DNA from: Eubacteriales bacterium
Lineage (GTDB): Bacteria > Bacillota > Clostridia > Oscillospirales > CAG-272
DNA length: 64,000 nt
Direction: 5' to 3'
NCBI GenBank assembly: GCA_045658925.1
Contig: JAZOVV010000070.1
Location: forward strand, 5,526-69,525
Shown: piece by piece, positions 34,123 through 42,981 of the stretch
Layout of the letters: each line of letters opens with the position of its first letter
Position numbering within the stretch: the stretch's first letter is position 1
Notes under the pieces: model-generated
What the model was told of the DNA's origin: nothing
Database searches by the model: none
The model's input: only the letters and a program-made list of their open reading frames with translations
Translations under genes and position numbers: made by a program

Positions 34123-34609
34123 ATTTTTTCTCCTTCAAAAAAGCATCTGCCTCGGCTCTGCTTTTGAAAATGATGACCTTTTTATCGCTGTATTTTTCAA
34201 TTAACGCATAGACGGTAGGCAAATTCTTACTTGGAAAGTCCTTAATCTGCTGTTCAAATTCGGGATCAAGCTCGGTCTCGATCCACGGCATTTCACAGCG
34301 TTTTTTGCCAATGCGAGAGATAGCCCCCGCAAGGCAGACCTCGACGGGCAGGTCGAAGAGAAAGACCGTGTCGCATTCTGCCATACGGCGCTCTAACGTG
34401 CGGCTGTAATTGCCATCGATGATCCAAGCATCCTGAAAGAGGATTTCGCCAAGACGTGCATCGTATTCTTCTCTTGAAATGTGCGTTTTGTCGGGCTTGT
34501 GCCAAATGGCATCAAGGTGATAAAGCGGCAGTCCGGTTTTCTCTTTCAGCTTTACGGCAAAGGTGGTTTTACCACTCCCCGGGCAGCCAATAACAATGAC
34601 TTTTTGCAT
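34112..34609 (-). CDS. P-loop NTPase / adenylate-kinase-like (topology-modulation FlaR-like) protein
   Basis: [18 protein letters not shown] Walker A. Size and layout match small nucleotide-kinase-like proteins. Confidence 0.75.
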   Translation of the reverse strand: MQKVIVIGCPGSGKTTFAVKLKEKTGLPLYHLDAIWHKPDKTHISREEYDARLGEILFQDAWIIDGNYSRTLERRMAECDTVFLFDLPVEVCLAGAISRIGKKRCEMPWIETELDPEFEQQIKDFPSKNLPTVYALIEKYSDKKVIIFKSRAEADAFLKEKKYDI

Positions 34610-34633
34610 CTTCTTCCCCCCCCCTACGAAATG

Positions 34634-35032
34634 TTATTTTTGAGAATTTCCATCACGTCTTATAATTTCGGCAAGAATTTCCTCATCAGCCGGGCAAAAA
34701 TCGTAGTTGGGAATTTCGCTTGGTGTGATCCATTTGATATCGTTGTGTTCGAGCTTTTTGGGCTCTCCCTCGGCGATTGTTGCGTTGAAAAGTGTGAGAT
34801 GTACTGTCAAATCGGGGTATTTATGCGTCACGTCCATAAAAACATCGCCAACCGACAAAAGCATGTCGATCTCCTCGCGACACTCGCGAATGAGGGCTTC
34901 TTCCTTTCTTTCGCCCGCCTCAACCTTGCCGCCGACAAACTCCCACAAAAGCCCCCTCGCCTTGTGCGCAGGACGTTGGCATATCATAAATCTGTCCCCT
35001 CTCCAAATCAGGGCAGCCACTACTTCGGTCAT
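34634..35032 (-). CDS. NUDIX hydrolase, MutT-like (8-oxo-dGTP diphosphatase family)
   Basis: Nudix box GGKVEAGERKEEALIRECREEI. Confidence 0.85.
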   Translation of the reverse strand: MTEVVAALIWRGDRFMICQRPAHKARGLLWEFVGGKVEAGERKEEALIRECREEIDMLLSVGDVFMDVTHKYPDLTVHLTLFNATIAEGEPKKLEHNDIKWITPSEIPNYDFCPADEEILAEIIRRDGNSQK

Positions 35033-35159
35033 ACAATATATCTCCTGTTCGTTTTTCTTTTTTCATTATAGCAAAATCCGCGTGCGTTGTCAAGATTTCG
35101 GGCATACTTCCCTCAGAGAACGAATATACTATTCTACAAAACGTTTTTGTGGGGGGATT

Positions 35160-35687
35160 ATGAAAGAGAAATCGATTGGACCTTGGCAACTGATGGGCTT
35201 TGCCGTAACCTCGTTTGGCGGCACAATTCTACACTTTCTTTATGAATGGCTTGGGGATGCCGTATGGATAGCACCCCTCTCGGGCGTAAACGAATCCACT
35301 TGGGAACACATGAAGTTGCTCTTTTGGCCAATGTTTCTTTATGCCGTTTTTCAGAGTTTTTTCTTCAAAAACCGCGAAAATTATTGGTGTATTAAGCTAA
35401 AAGGCACTCTTTTTGGAATAATTCTAATTCCAATTCTATTTTATACCTATAACGGAGTGATTGGAAAGTCGCCGGACTGGATCAATATCGCCATTTTCTT
35501 TATTTGTGCCGCTGCGGCTTATATTTATGAAACGCGGCTATTCAAGAAGGAAAAAACAGATTGCAAGCATCCCAAAGTGGCTCTCGGTGCTCTCTGTGTC
35601 CTCGCCCTGCTTTTTGTTATCTTTACCTTTGCAACCCCCGAGATTGGAATTTTCAAAGACCCGTTGACGGGAAGCTACGGAATATAA
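35160..35687 (+). CDS. Integral membrane protein, unknown function (possibly the DUF6512 family)
   Basis: ATG 35160 after a G-rich RBS. Five or so hydrophobic spans. NESTWEHMKLLFWP motif. The family assignment is from memory only. Confidence 0.6.
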   Translation: MKEKSIGPWQLMGFAVTSFGGTILHFLYEWLGDAVWIAPLSGVNESTWEHMKLLFWPMFLYAVFQSFFFKNRENYWCIKLKGTLFGIILIPILFYTYNGVIGKSPDWINIAIFFICAAAAYIYETRLFKKEKTDCKHPKVALGALCVLALLFVIFTFATPEIGIFKDPLTGSYGI

Positions 35688-35728
35688 AACAAGCCGATGC
35701 AGTTTGTTCTGCATCGGCTTTTGTTTGA

Positions 35729-36688
35729 TTATTTGTCGAGATGTGCAAAGATTTCGCTCCATACACTCTCGTCTTGCTCGGTCATTCTATCCCAATCAAA
35801 GGATGCGACAAATTGAACTTTCTGTTCCTTTGTTGCGTTCTTCTTTTTTGCAAACTTGGCGCGTGCTTTGCCGAATTCTGCAAGCAATTTGACAGCATCG
35901 GTAGTGTAATTGGGGTTGTGTCCCTTGTTTTGCACAAACAGAAAACGCACGTTTTCCTTGTCCTTCAATCCCTCTTTGAGGATATCATAATGCACGCGGC
36001 GGCAGAGCTTGTCATCCTCGGAATAAATGAGAAGTGCCCGGGCGTTGGTGTTTTTCAACGATTCTACCGCGTTGTAGGGAAAGAATTTCGGGTTGGATTC
36101 CTTTTCCAAAGCAAGAACTGCTTTGCGGTATCCCTTCAGGGGGCCTGCAAAAAAGGTTTTCACCATTTCTTCAACAGAGACAAATCCGCAAAGTGCCACA
36201 ACGTGCGAGATTTCGGGGTGCAAAGCCGCGATGTTCATGGTTGAAAACGCGCCCCAACTGTGTCCCATCACCGAAAGGTCAAGTCCCGCAAAGCGCGAAT
36301 CTGCTTTGAGCGTTGTGATGCAATCATTGAGGTCGCAAAGCGATTGTGCGAGTCCGTTCGGGCTTTCGCCGCCTGATTCCATACACCCCGTGTGGTCATA
36401 GGCAAACACGCGGTAACCGTGCGCGCAAAGCTTTTCGATTTCTTTCATATAGGCTCTGTGACCGCCGCCGAATCCGTGGTCAAATACGATGAGCCTATCT
36501 TCGATGGGATTGTCATAGAAATAAAGATATCCCTGTAAAATATGCCCCATAGAGGATTTGAGGGCGTATGCTTCTTTTTGCAGACCTGCAAAATCATCGG
36601 AAGAGTAATAGAAAACGGTTTCTGTATCGTCGCACCGCGCGTGCATCATACCCTTGTATCCGTTTACAACTTGTTTTTCAAAAATCAT
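35729..36688 (-). CDS. Alpha/beta hydrolase (dienelactone-hydrolase/peptidase S9-like fold)
   Basis: HGFGGGH, nucleophile elbow VMGHSWGAF, late D/H (EDDKL.., NKGHNP). Confidence 0.8.
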   Translation of the reverse strand: MIFEKQVVNGYKGMMHARCDDTETVFYYSSDDFAGLQKEAYALKSSMGHILQGYLYFYDNPIEDRLIVFDHGFGGGHRAYMKEIEKLCAHGYRVFAYDHTGCMESGGESPNGLAQSLCDLNDCITTLKADSRFAGLDLSVMGHSWGAFSTMNIAALHPEISHVVALCGFVSVEEMVKTFFAGPLKGYRKAVLALEKESNPKFFPYNAVESLKNTNARALLIYSEDDKLCRRVHYDILKEGLKDKENVRFLFVQNKGHNPNYTTDAVKLLAEFGKARAKFAKKKNATKEQKVQFVASFDWDRMTEQDESVWSEIFAHLDK

Positions 36689-36914
36689 CGTTTCTCTCCT
36701 GTTTTCGAATTACGTATCGACAGTTTGATTACCGACACTATAAGCATTCCAAATTGTTCTGTCACTATTATAACAAAACAGAAGGGCGTTGTCAATGCTT
36801 TCCTATTTCATCTTGACAAATTGCTTAAATTTTGGTATACTGATAACGACCCCGACAGATAGAGAAAAACGCTTAAAGCAAGGGGATTTTATATTGATGC
36901 GAGGTACGTATCTA

Positions 36915-37883
36915 ATGAATCGTTACAGCGTAAAAGAAATTGCCGAAATGATAAATGAAAGATGCCAAAGTGCAATCCTTGGCAAAAAGCACGTCCTAGA
37001 CCTTGCCATTATTTCTCTGCTTTGCGGAGGTCATATTTTAATCGACGACGTTCCTGGGACCGGCAAAACCGTTTTGGCAAAAACCTTTGCCAAGTCGCTT
37101 TCCCTTGATTTCAAACGGGTGCAGTGTGTTCCCGATATGTTGCCCTCCGATATTGTCGGCGTTAACTTTTTTGATATGAAGCAATCGGAATTCCGCTTTA
37201 TCAAGGGTCCCGTTTTCACCAACATCTTGCTTGTAGACGAAATCAACCGCGCTATGCCCAAAACGCAGTCGGGTCTGCTCGAATGTATGGAAGAACATCA
37301 GGTAAGTGTTGACGGTACCACCTACCCCTTGGCGGAACCCTTTATGGTAATTGCTACACAAAACCCCGTTGAAACCAAAGGAACCTTTGAACTCCCCGAG
37401 GCACAGCTAGACCGTTTTTTGGTCAAAACCTCGATGGGATACCCCACGCACAAAGAAAACATCGATATTCTCGCACTAAAGTTGCAAAATGTGAACGATA
37501 CTGCAAATAACACGGCTGCCGTTGATGTGGAATGCATCAACGAAGCAAGAAAAGAACTCGCATCCGTTTACGTTCACCGCGACCTTTTGGACTATGCCGC
37601 AACCATTTGCGAATGCACAAGAAGCGCAAAGGACGTTATCCTTGGCGCAAGTCCTCGCGCAATGATTGCTCTTGTGCGCGTGGCACAGGGATACGCTGCC
37701 ATTGCAGGCAGAGACTACATATTGCCTGATGACATCAAGCGCGCAGCCGTTCCCGTTTTGGCACACCGCATCGTGTTCCAAAACAGCTTTTACCACCGTG
37801 GAGACCTCGGCAAAAATTTGATTGAGAGCATCCTTGATAGCGTTGCCGTTCCCAGCGAACAAATCAACTTCTCTCGCAAATAA
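36915..37883 (+). CDS. MoxR-family AAA+ ATPase
   Basis: GHILIDDVPGTGKT (Walker A), LLVDEINRA (Walker B), VIATQNP, GASPRA. The start is ambiguous (ATG 36897 or 36915). Confidence 0.9.
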   Translation: MNRYSVKEIAEMINERCQSAILGKKHVLDLAIISLLCGGHILIDDVPGTGKTVLAKTFAKSLSLDFKRVQCVPDMLPSDIVGVNFFDMKQSEFRFIKGPVFTNILLVDEINRAMPKTQSGLLECMEEHQVSVDGTTYPLAEPFMVIATQNPVETKGTFELPEAQLDRFLVKTSMGYPTHKENIDILALKLQNVNDTANNTAAVDVECINEARKELASVYVHRDLLDYAATICECTRSAKDVILGASPRAMIALVRVAQGYAAIAGRDYILPDDIKRAAVPVLAHRIVFQNSFYHRGDLGKNLIESILDSVAVPSEQINFSRK

Positions 37884-37887
37884 GCCG

Positions 37888-39009
37888 ATGATAGAATTTT
37901 TCATTCGTTTAGCGGGCTTTGTCGGTCAAATCCTGCGCTCACCGCAATTTTGGATCGCACTGTTGGCACTTGCCGCATGTTGGATTTTGATTTCCCTGTA
38001 TCGGCAGGCAAAGCTACGTGCATTGGATCAAGTCGTTTACAAAAGACACTTCTCCACCGACGGCATTTTTGTGGGCGAAACGCTTGAATTGATCGAAACC
38101 ATCCGCAATCCCGGTTGGTTCCCTCTGTTTCGGGTACGGGTTGAGTTCTTTATGCCGGGTGGCTTGACGGTTGACGGAATCGAGTGCAAAAAGCACACCA
38201 AGGTAACCAGTATTTTTTATATTCCACCCCATGCAACCATTCAAAAAACGCATACCGTAAGGGCTGATAAGCGTGAGCATTACCATATGTACACCGCATT
38301 TATTCGATACAGAAAAACAGAATACACCTTCGATTCTCCTATCGATTTTTACGCATACCCCAATCAATATGATGCAGACGCAAGCTTTGCCCCCGACATT
38401 TACCGCTCGGGAGATGCGATTGCTTCCAGAAAATACATTGAGGACCCCTTCTTCCTTTCCGGCATTCGGGCATACCGACCGGGAGACCCGATGCGCTCTA
38501 TCAATTTTAAAGCATCGGCTCGCGGCTTTTCGGGCGGTATCAGACAACTGATGTCGAACGACTATGACAGCTCGCGCAATTACAACAGTATGATTGTATT
38601 GGATTTGACCTCTTATTCGGAGGCATTGATGGATGCCGACAAGCAAATCGAGCTTGAACTGCGATATGCCTGCTATCTGTTTTGCGAAGCCCTGCGAAAC
38701 GGCGGCAACGTCGGCTTTGCAACCAACTGCGCGGTGGATAGCTCGCGCTATATCCACATCCCCTGCAACAGCGGAACGATGCATACCAAGTTGATTTTGG
38801 AGCAGTTTGCCGAAATTTCAACCAATGCCAAACGGGATTACTCCGTCAGCATTATTTTGCAATCCATTGTGCCCGACCTGCCTCGCGGCACCGACGTCTA
38901 CATTATCACTCCCTTTGTGGATGATAAAATGGCAAGCCTTTTGCACTCCCTGCGTCGCACTGGTAGAACGGTAGAGGTCATTCTGCTTTCGGGAGGTATG
39001 CAAAAATGA
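37888..39009 (+). CDS. DUF58-family protein (MoxR partner), N-terminal TM
   Basis: ATG 4 nt after the moxR stop. GIRAYRPGDPMRSINFKASAR is the hallmark DUF58 motif. Confidence 0.8.
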   Translation: MIEFFIRLAGFVGQILRSPQFWIALLALAACWILISLYRQAKLRALDQVVYKRHFSTDGIFVGETLELIETIRNPGWFPLFRVRVEFFMPGGLTVDGIECKKHTKVTSIFYIPPHATIQKTHTVRADKREHYHMYTAFIRYRKTEYTFDSPIDFYAYPNQYDADASFAPDIYRSGDAIASRKYIEDPFFLSGIRAYRPGDPMRSINFKASARGFSGGIRQLMSNDYDSSRNYNSMIVLDLTSYSEALMDADKQIELELRYACYLFCEALRNGGNVGFATNCAVDSSRYIHIPCNSGTMHTKLILEQFAEISTNAKRDYSVSIILQSIVPDLPRGTDVYIITPFVDDKMASLLHSLRRTGRTVEVILLSGGMQK

Positions 39010-39635
39010 AGTGGATAAAGAAATACGGATATGAGCTGCTGGCAAGCATCTTGGGTGCCGCTTTTGTAACGATGCTTTTGTATATCCTCATCGTAATGCC
39101 AGAGGACCTTATGGTACGCGGCACGGTCATGTTCGGCTTGTTCTTTGATGCAATCGCCATTTATTACACTCTGCGTAAGTTGTGGCGCACCAAGTGGAGA
39201 CGTCGTGTAATGCCCTCGGTACAAAAGTTTTTTGAAAAAATCGCAAGGATGCTTAAAATCTTTCGCGAAAAGCTGGGCATTCCGGAGAAAAATCATCAAA
39301 CGGTTCTCAAAGGAAGGGCAAAAATCTTTTTTGATACAAAAGATGAGGGCATCACAACCAAACGCGCAAAAAAGCCTTCCGCTTGGAAAAATTTGCAAAC
39401 AGACAAAGAACGCTTAGGATATTTGTATAGACGTATGATTGATACCAATATCAACCAAGGCTTGCCTATATTCTCTTCCGAAACGCCAACCGAAATCAAA
39501 GGAAAGAAAGAATATCGCGACGTAGAAAATCAAATTTTCGATTTGTACGTTGAAAACCGATATAAAGAAGACGTAACCTTGGACCGCATCGTTTTGGATG
39601 ATTTAAAGAAAGAGATAAAAAGTAAAAAGGATTAA
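39006..39635 (+). CDS. Two-TM membrane protein, DUF4129-like C-terminus (third gene of the MoxR operon)
   Basis: ATGA overlap with the DUF58 gene. Two N-terminal TM helices. C-terminal TPTEI....DLYVENRYKED resembles DUF4129 (weak call). Confidence 0.55.
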   Translation: MKWIKKYGYELLASILGAAFVTMLLYILIVMPEDLMVRGTVMFGLFFDAIAIYYTLRKLWRTKWRRRVMPSVQKFFEKIARMLKIFREKLGIPEKNHQTVLKGRAKIFFDTKDEGITTKRAKKPSAWKNLQTDKERLGYLYRRMIDTNINQGLPIFSSETPTEIKGKKEYRDVENQIFDLYVENRYKEDVTLDRIVLDDLKKEIKSKKD

Positions 39636-39640
39636 ACCCA

Positions 39641-39669
39641 ACAGCCGCACCCTTGGTGCGGCTGTTTTA
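39641..39669 (+). terminator. Intrinsic terminator
   Basis: ACAGCCGCACC CTTG GGTGCGGCTGT followed by TTTT. Confidence 0.8.
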
Positions 39670-39739
39670 AGTAGAAAGGCGAAAAAAAGCAAGGATTTTC
39701 CGTGTGCGGAAAAAAATAAAACTTTTTTTCAAAAAGGGC

Positions 39740-39768
39740 TTGACAAAAGCAAGCAAATGCGGTATAAT
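39740..39768 (+). promoter_or_regulatory. Consensus promoter of tRNA-Arg
   Basis: TTGACA (39740-39745), 17 nt, TATAAT (39763-39768). The tRNA starts 25 nt later. Confidence 0.7.
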
Positions 39769-39792
39769 ATCAAGGTACGAAAAAACGTATAT

Positions 39793-39869
39793 GTGCCTTT
39801 AGCTCAGCCGGATAGAGTGTTTGGCTACGAACCAAAAGGTCGGGGGTTCGAGTCCCTCAAGGCACGCCA
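39793..39869 (+). tRNA. tRNA-Arg (anticodon ACG), CCA encoded
   Basis: Cloverleaf folded by hand: acceptor GTGCCTT/AAGGCAC, D-arm GCTC..GAGT, anticodon stem TTTGG/CCAAA with loop CTACGAA, T-arm GGGGG-TTCGAGT-CCCTC, discriminator G plus CCA. Length 77 nt. Confidence 0.95.
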
Positions 39870-39870
39870 A

Positions 39871-39917
39871 ACAAAAGAAGGATACCCAAACGGGTATCCT
39901 TCTTTTGTTTCGTTTTG
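39871..39917 (+). terminator. Intrinsic terminator after tRNA-Arg
   Basis: ACAAAAGAAGGATACCC AAAC GGGTATCCTTCTTTTGT followed by TTCGTTTTG. Confidence 0.85.
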
Positions 39918-40007
39918 TCTTTATGACGCAGAACCCCGCAAATTTCCGCTCGCGGAAATTTGTTATAACGTGCGCATCGTGTCTAAAGCATTCCTGTGCA
40001 TTATACG

Positions 40008-40090
40008 CACGTTTGGGTTCTGAGTCCCTCAAGGCAGTTATCCCCTATGTTACACGTTTGGGTTCTGAGTCCCTCAAGGCAGTTATCCCT
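40008..40090 (+). repeat. Two tandem 38-nt copies (45-nt period) of a pseudo tRNA-Arg 3' end
   Basis: CACGTTTGGGTTCTGAGTCCCTCAAGGCAGTTATCCC at 40008 and 40053. The core GGGTTCtGAGTCCCTCAAGGCA equals the tRNA T-arm/acceptor GGGTTCGAGTCCCTCAAGGCA with one inserted T. Confidence 0.85.
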
Positions 40091-40176
40091 CCGTATAAAC
40101 CATTGGTTGCATTTTGTTGACAAGCTTTTGAGGATATGATATACTGAAATCACACTTGAAAGGAAAGGGACAAATT

Positions 40177-40659
40177 ATGAAGAAACTATACTTCAAAAAG
40201 CTGACTTCCATCATCCTATATACCCTCATTTGCATCGTCATATACCTCATTGGTTTTAGTCTCATCTCGTTGATTGCAAACTTTTTTAAGGTGCTCCTTA
40301 TCAGACAAATTATTTCGTTTGGCATTCCCCTTGCCATCATCTTAATCAGAATTTACAACAAACGGCTCGAGAACCCCGACTTGCGCAGAGAATATTTGGC
40401 AACCGTAAACACGGAAAAGCTGAACCTCAAGGAAGAATGGCAATACATCATCAAATTCCCACACTTTTTGGCAGAGCTTTTTGCATTCTTTACGTTGGCA
40501 TTCGTTTATTCACTCTTAACTGTTATCGGAGTTTCCGTTCCCTTTATCGTCAAAATATTGTCAATACTGCTCGCCTTTGTGATATTCGCGGGACTTTACT
40601 TTATTATCGATTTCTTTCATTGGATACTCGTACATAGAACTTGGAAGAAGGAATACTAA
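40177..40659 (+). CDS. Hypothetical four-TM membrane protein
   Basis: ATG 40177 after AAGGAAAGGGA. Hydrophobic spans, followed by a terminator. No family recognised. Confidence 0.55.
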   Translation: MKKLYFKKLTSIILYTLICIVIYLIGFSLISLIANFFKVLLIRQIISFGIPLAIILIRIYNKRLENPDLRREYLATVNTEKLNLKEEWQYIIKFPHFLAELFAFFTLAFVYSLLTVIGVSVPFIVKILSILLAFVIFAGLYFIIDFFHWILVHRTWKKEY

Positions 40660-40676
40660 AATAAAACAAACAATTT

Positions 40677-40709
40677 CAGCCGCACTTATGAGTGCGGCTG
40701 TTTTGTTTT
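40677..40709 (+). terminator. Intrinsic terminator
   Basis: CAGCCGCACT TATG AGTGCGGCTG followed by TTTTGTTTT. Confidence 0.85.
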
Positions 40710-40730
40710 AGTCAAATTTTCCTGTTGCTC

Positions 40731-40759
40731 TTGCAAAAACCATACGTGTGTGGTATAAT
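40731..40759 (+). promoter_or_regulatory. Promoter with extended -10
   Basis: TTGCAA (40731-40736), 17 nt, TGgTATAAT (40751-40759). Confidence 0.6.
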
Positions 40760-40790
40760 CGATGCAGAACAACAAGTGGGAGGCACCATT

Positions 40791-42269
40791 ATGAAGCACA
40801 CGGTTACCGTTTTGCCCCACAATTTCATATTTTCCGTCCCCCACGGTGCGAACCTTTTGGCGGTACTCACGCAGAACGGCTTTTTTATCCCCGCTGCCTG
40901 CGGCGGACGCGGAAGCTGTGGCAAATGTGCCGTCAAGTGCCGCGCGGCGGATTCAGAAGGATATCAAACGGTGCTCTCTTGCCACACGACCGTAAAGGGT
41001 GATTTGACCGTCCTTTTGGATGCCGACAGCGAGAGTGGGCTTTGGAAGGTCTCTTCCACCTCTTCTTGCGCGTCGCGCAAAGTGGGAATGATTCTCGATA
41101 TTGGCACCACCACACTTGCCGCTTGCCTTGTTGACGCAGAAACGGGAGAGACCTTGGCAAAAGCATCTGCTCTCAATCCGCAGGGCGCGTTTGGCGCGGA
41201 CGTCATTAGCCGTATCAGCGCGTTTGGCGAGGGCAAAGGTGAGGAACTGCGCACGGCAGTTGTGGCGGCAACTAACCGCATTATTGCCGAATTTTGCGCC
41301 ACGGGTGCGAAAATTGACGAGGTTGTGGTTGCGGGCAACCCCACAATGCTTCACCTCTTTATCGGTGTTGACCCCACGAGCATCGGCTCATATCCATTTA
41401 CTCCTGCATTCACAGAGACCAAGTGTTTTGTAGGCGCGGATATTGGAATTGACGCTCCGCGCGTGCGTTTGCTCCCATCTATCAGCGCGTATCTCGGCAG
41501 TGACGTAGGCGCGGGAATTTTGGCGTGCGAGATGGACAAAACCGATAAAACACAGCTCTTTATGGACCTTGGCACAAACGGTGAGGTCGTGCTTACGCAC
41601 AAAGGAAAACTATTTGCGGCATCGACCGCAGCAGGCCCTGCGCTTGAGGGCGCGAATATGTCCTGCGGCATTGGCGGCGTTGCGGGGGCTATCGACCGCG
41701 TTTGGTGCGAGGACGGACATTTGCGTTTTACCACAGTTGAGGGCGCGCAGGCTCGCGGAATTTGCGGCAGCGGCTTTATCGATTTATTTGCACTTTTGCT
41801 TGACGAAGGCATCCTTGACGAAACGGGAGCCTTTTGCGAGGAATGTGATTCTCCCCTCTTCCACCACTTGGAGGACGATTGTTTTTATCTCACACCCGAG
41901 ATTTATCTCTCGCAGGATGACGTTCGACAGTTCCAACTTGCCAAAGCAGCCATTGCGGCGGGCGTAGAGGCGCTTTTAGCGCATTGCAAGGTGAAAGCGA
42001 TTGAAATAGAGCGCGTATTCTTGGCGGGCGGCTTGGGCTTTTATATGAGCCCTGCAAGGGCGGCACGCACGGGACTTATCTCCCCTGCTCTTCTCGCACA
42101 CACACAAATTGTTGGCAACACCGCGCTTGCGGGAGCTAAACTTTGCCTCTTGAAAGAAGACAACCAAACTGCTCTCGATATCCTATCGCAAGAGACAGAA
42201 ACGGTAGAACTTTCCTTCTCCCCTGTTTTTTCGCAAGCGTATATTGAGAATATGGGGTTTGATTTATAA
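40791..42269 (+). CDS. 2Fe-2S ferredoxin domain fused to an ASKHA-fold ATPase (DUF4445; RACo-like corrinoid-activation family)
   Basis: ATG 40791 with GGGAGG 7 nt upstream. ACGGRGSCGKCAVKC plant-type 2Fe-2S motif. ILDIGTTTLA and FMDLGTNGEV phosphate-binding motifs of the ASKHA fold. Confidence 0.8.
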   Translation: MKHTVTVLPHNFIFSVPHGANLLAVLTQNGFFIPAACGGRGSCGKCAVKCRAADSEGYQTVLSCHTTVKGDLTVLLDADSESGLWKVSSTSSCASRKVGMILDIGTTTLAACLVDAETGETLAKASALNPQGAFGADVISRISAFGEGKGEELRTAVVAATNRIIAEFCATGAKIDEVVVAGNPTMLHLFIGVDPTSIGSYPFTPAFTETKCFVGADIGIDAPRVRLLPSISAYLGSDVGAGILACEMDKTDKTQLFMDLGTNGEVVLTHKGKLFAASTAAGPALEGANMSCGIGGVAGAIDRVWCEDGHLRFTTVEGAQARGICGSGFIDLFALLLDEGILDETGAFCEECDSPLFHHLEDDCFYLTPEIYLSQDDVRQFQLAKAAIAAGVEALLAHCKVKAIEIERVFLAGGLGFYMSPARAARTGLISPALLAHTQIVGNTALAGAKLCLLKEDNQTALDILSQETETVELSFSPVFSQAYIENMGFDL

Positions 42270-42284
42270 AACAACATCAACCAT

Positions 42285-42322
42285 CAAAAAAGAACGCAAG
42301 TGTTTGCTTGCGTTCTTTTTCT
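42285..42322. terminator. Bidirectional intrinsic terminator
   Basis: AGAACGCAAG TGTTTG CTTGCGTTCT flanked by an A-run and a T-run. Confidence 0.8.
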
Positions 42323-42507
42323 TTATTCTTTTTTCTTTTTCGGTTTGCGTTTACCAAAGAGCTTTTGCAAAAGCGGTGCTAAAAACGCAGGGGCGCGCCA
42401 TACTATCATTTTCATCGCTATATATCCTTTCCCTACCGATTTTGGTACTACAATATATGCGACGTTCCCTTAAAATGTGCGCTTTGCTAAAAATTCTTAT
42501 CCTTTGT

Positions 42508-42930
42508 TTAGCCTTCTTCGGCTTGCAGCAGTTTCATCGCGGAGCGGAATACGACCTTATCGTTTTCGTGTGTGAGCGAATTTTCAACCTCTTCGAGGGG
42601 AACCCACTCGACCTGCGCAATCTCGCCCTCGCGAGCTTTGATGTTCTTTTGCGTGGTGTGTGTCAGGAAATATACCACTTCCTTGGAGACACCCGGCATA
42701 GGATTGTAATGCACGGTTTCGCGGAATTTGCTATCGATGCGAATTTGCACCGCGGTCTCCTCAAACACCTCACGCACAGCCGTCATATACTCAGTCTCAC
42801 CCGGCTCCATGTGTCCCTTGGGGAAAGAACGGTGACCGCCAAGCTTGTGCCGTATCATCAAAAGATATTGTTTTCCATCCTCTTCATCGCGGCGCACAAC
42901 AAGCGCACCACAGGATTTTTCACGAAGCAT
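42508..42930 (-). CDS. NUDIX hydrolase
   Basis: Nudix box GHMEPGETEYMTAVREVFEETAV. Lies 51 nt downstream of infB. Confidence 0.85.
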   Translation of the reverse strand: MLREKSCGALVVRRDEEDGKQYLLMIRHKLGGHRSFPKGHMEPGETEYMTAVREVFEETAVQIRIDSKFRETVHYNPMPGVSKEVVYFLTHTTQKNIKAREGEIAQVEWVPLEEVENSLTHENDKVVFRSAMKLLQAEEG

Positions 42931-42981
42931 ATTCGGTCACTTCCTTCCTTTTCCACTTTGGGGTTTTACTACTTCATTTGA

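Noticed and set aside
33221-35032. MmcQ-GNAT-P-loop kinase-NUDIX four-gene block as a novel defence or detoxification system
   Set aside because: The genes overlap and are probably co-transcribed. However, each is a common stand-alone housekeeping-type small enzyme, and I see no nuclease, sensor or effector hallmark that would support a defence-system call.
39757-40120. ORFs overlapping tRNA-Arg and its downstream repeats (39757..40023, 39799..40032, 39821..40120)
   Set aside because: They overlap a confidently folded tRNA, its terminator and direct repeats. They have no RBS and implausible composition.
39700-40160. Integrated mobile element or genomic island at the tRNA-Arg 3' end
   Set aside because: tRNA 3'-end-like direct repeats are present. 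However, only about 170 nt separate them from the tRNA, and no integrase, excisionase or cargo genes are present. At most this is a scar or a miniature element, and it is reported as a finding rather than a mobile_element feature.
40791-42269. RACo-like 2Fe-2S/ASKHA protein as a marker of a corrinoid methyltransferase or acetyl-CoA pathway locus
   Set aside because: No corrinoid protein, methyltransferase or CODH/ACS genes flank it. The gene is monocistronic between a promoter and a terminator, so no pathway claim can be supported from this window.
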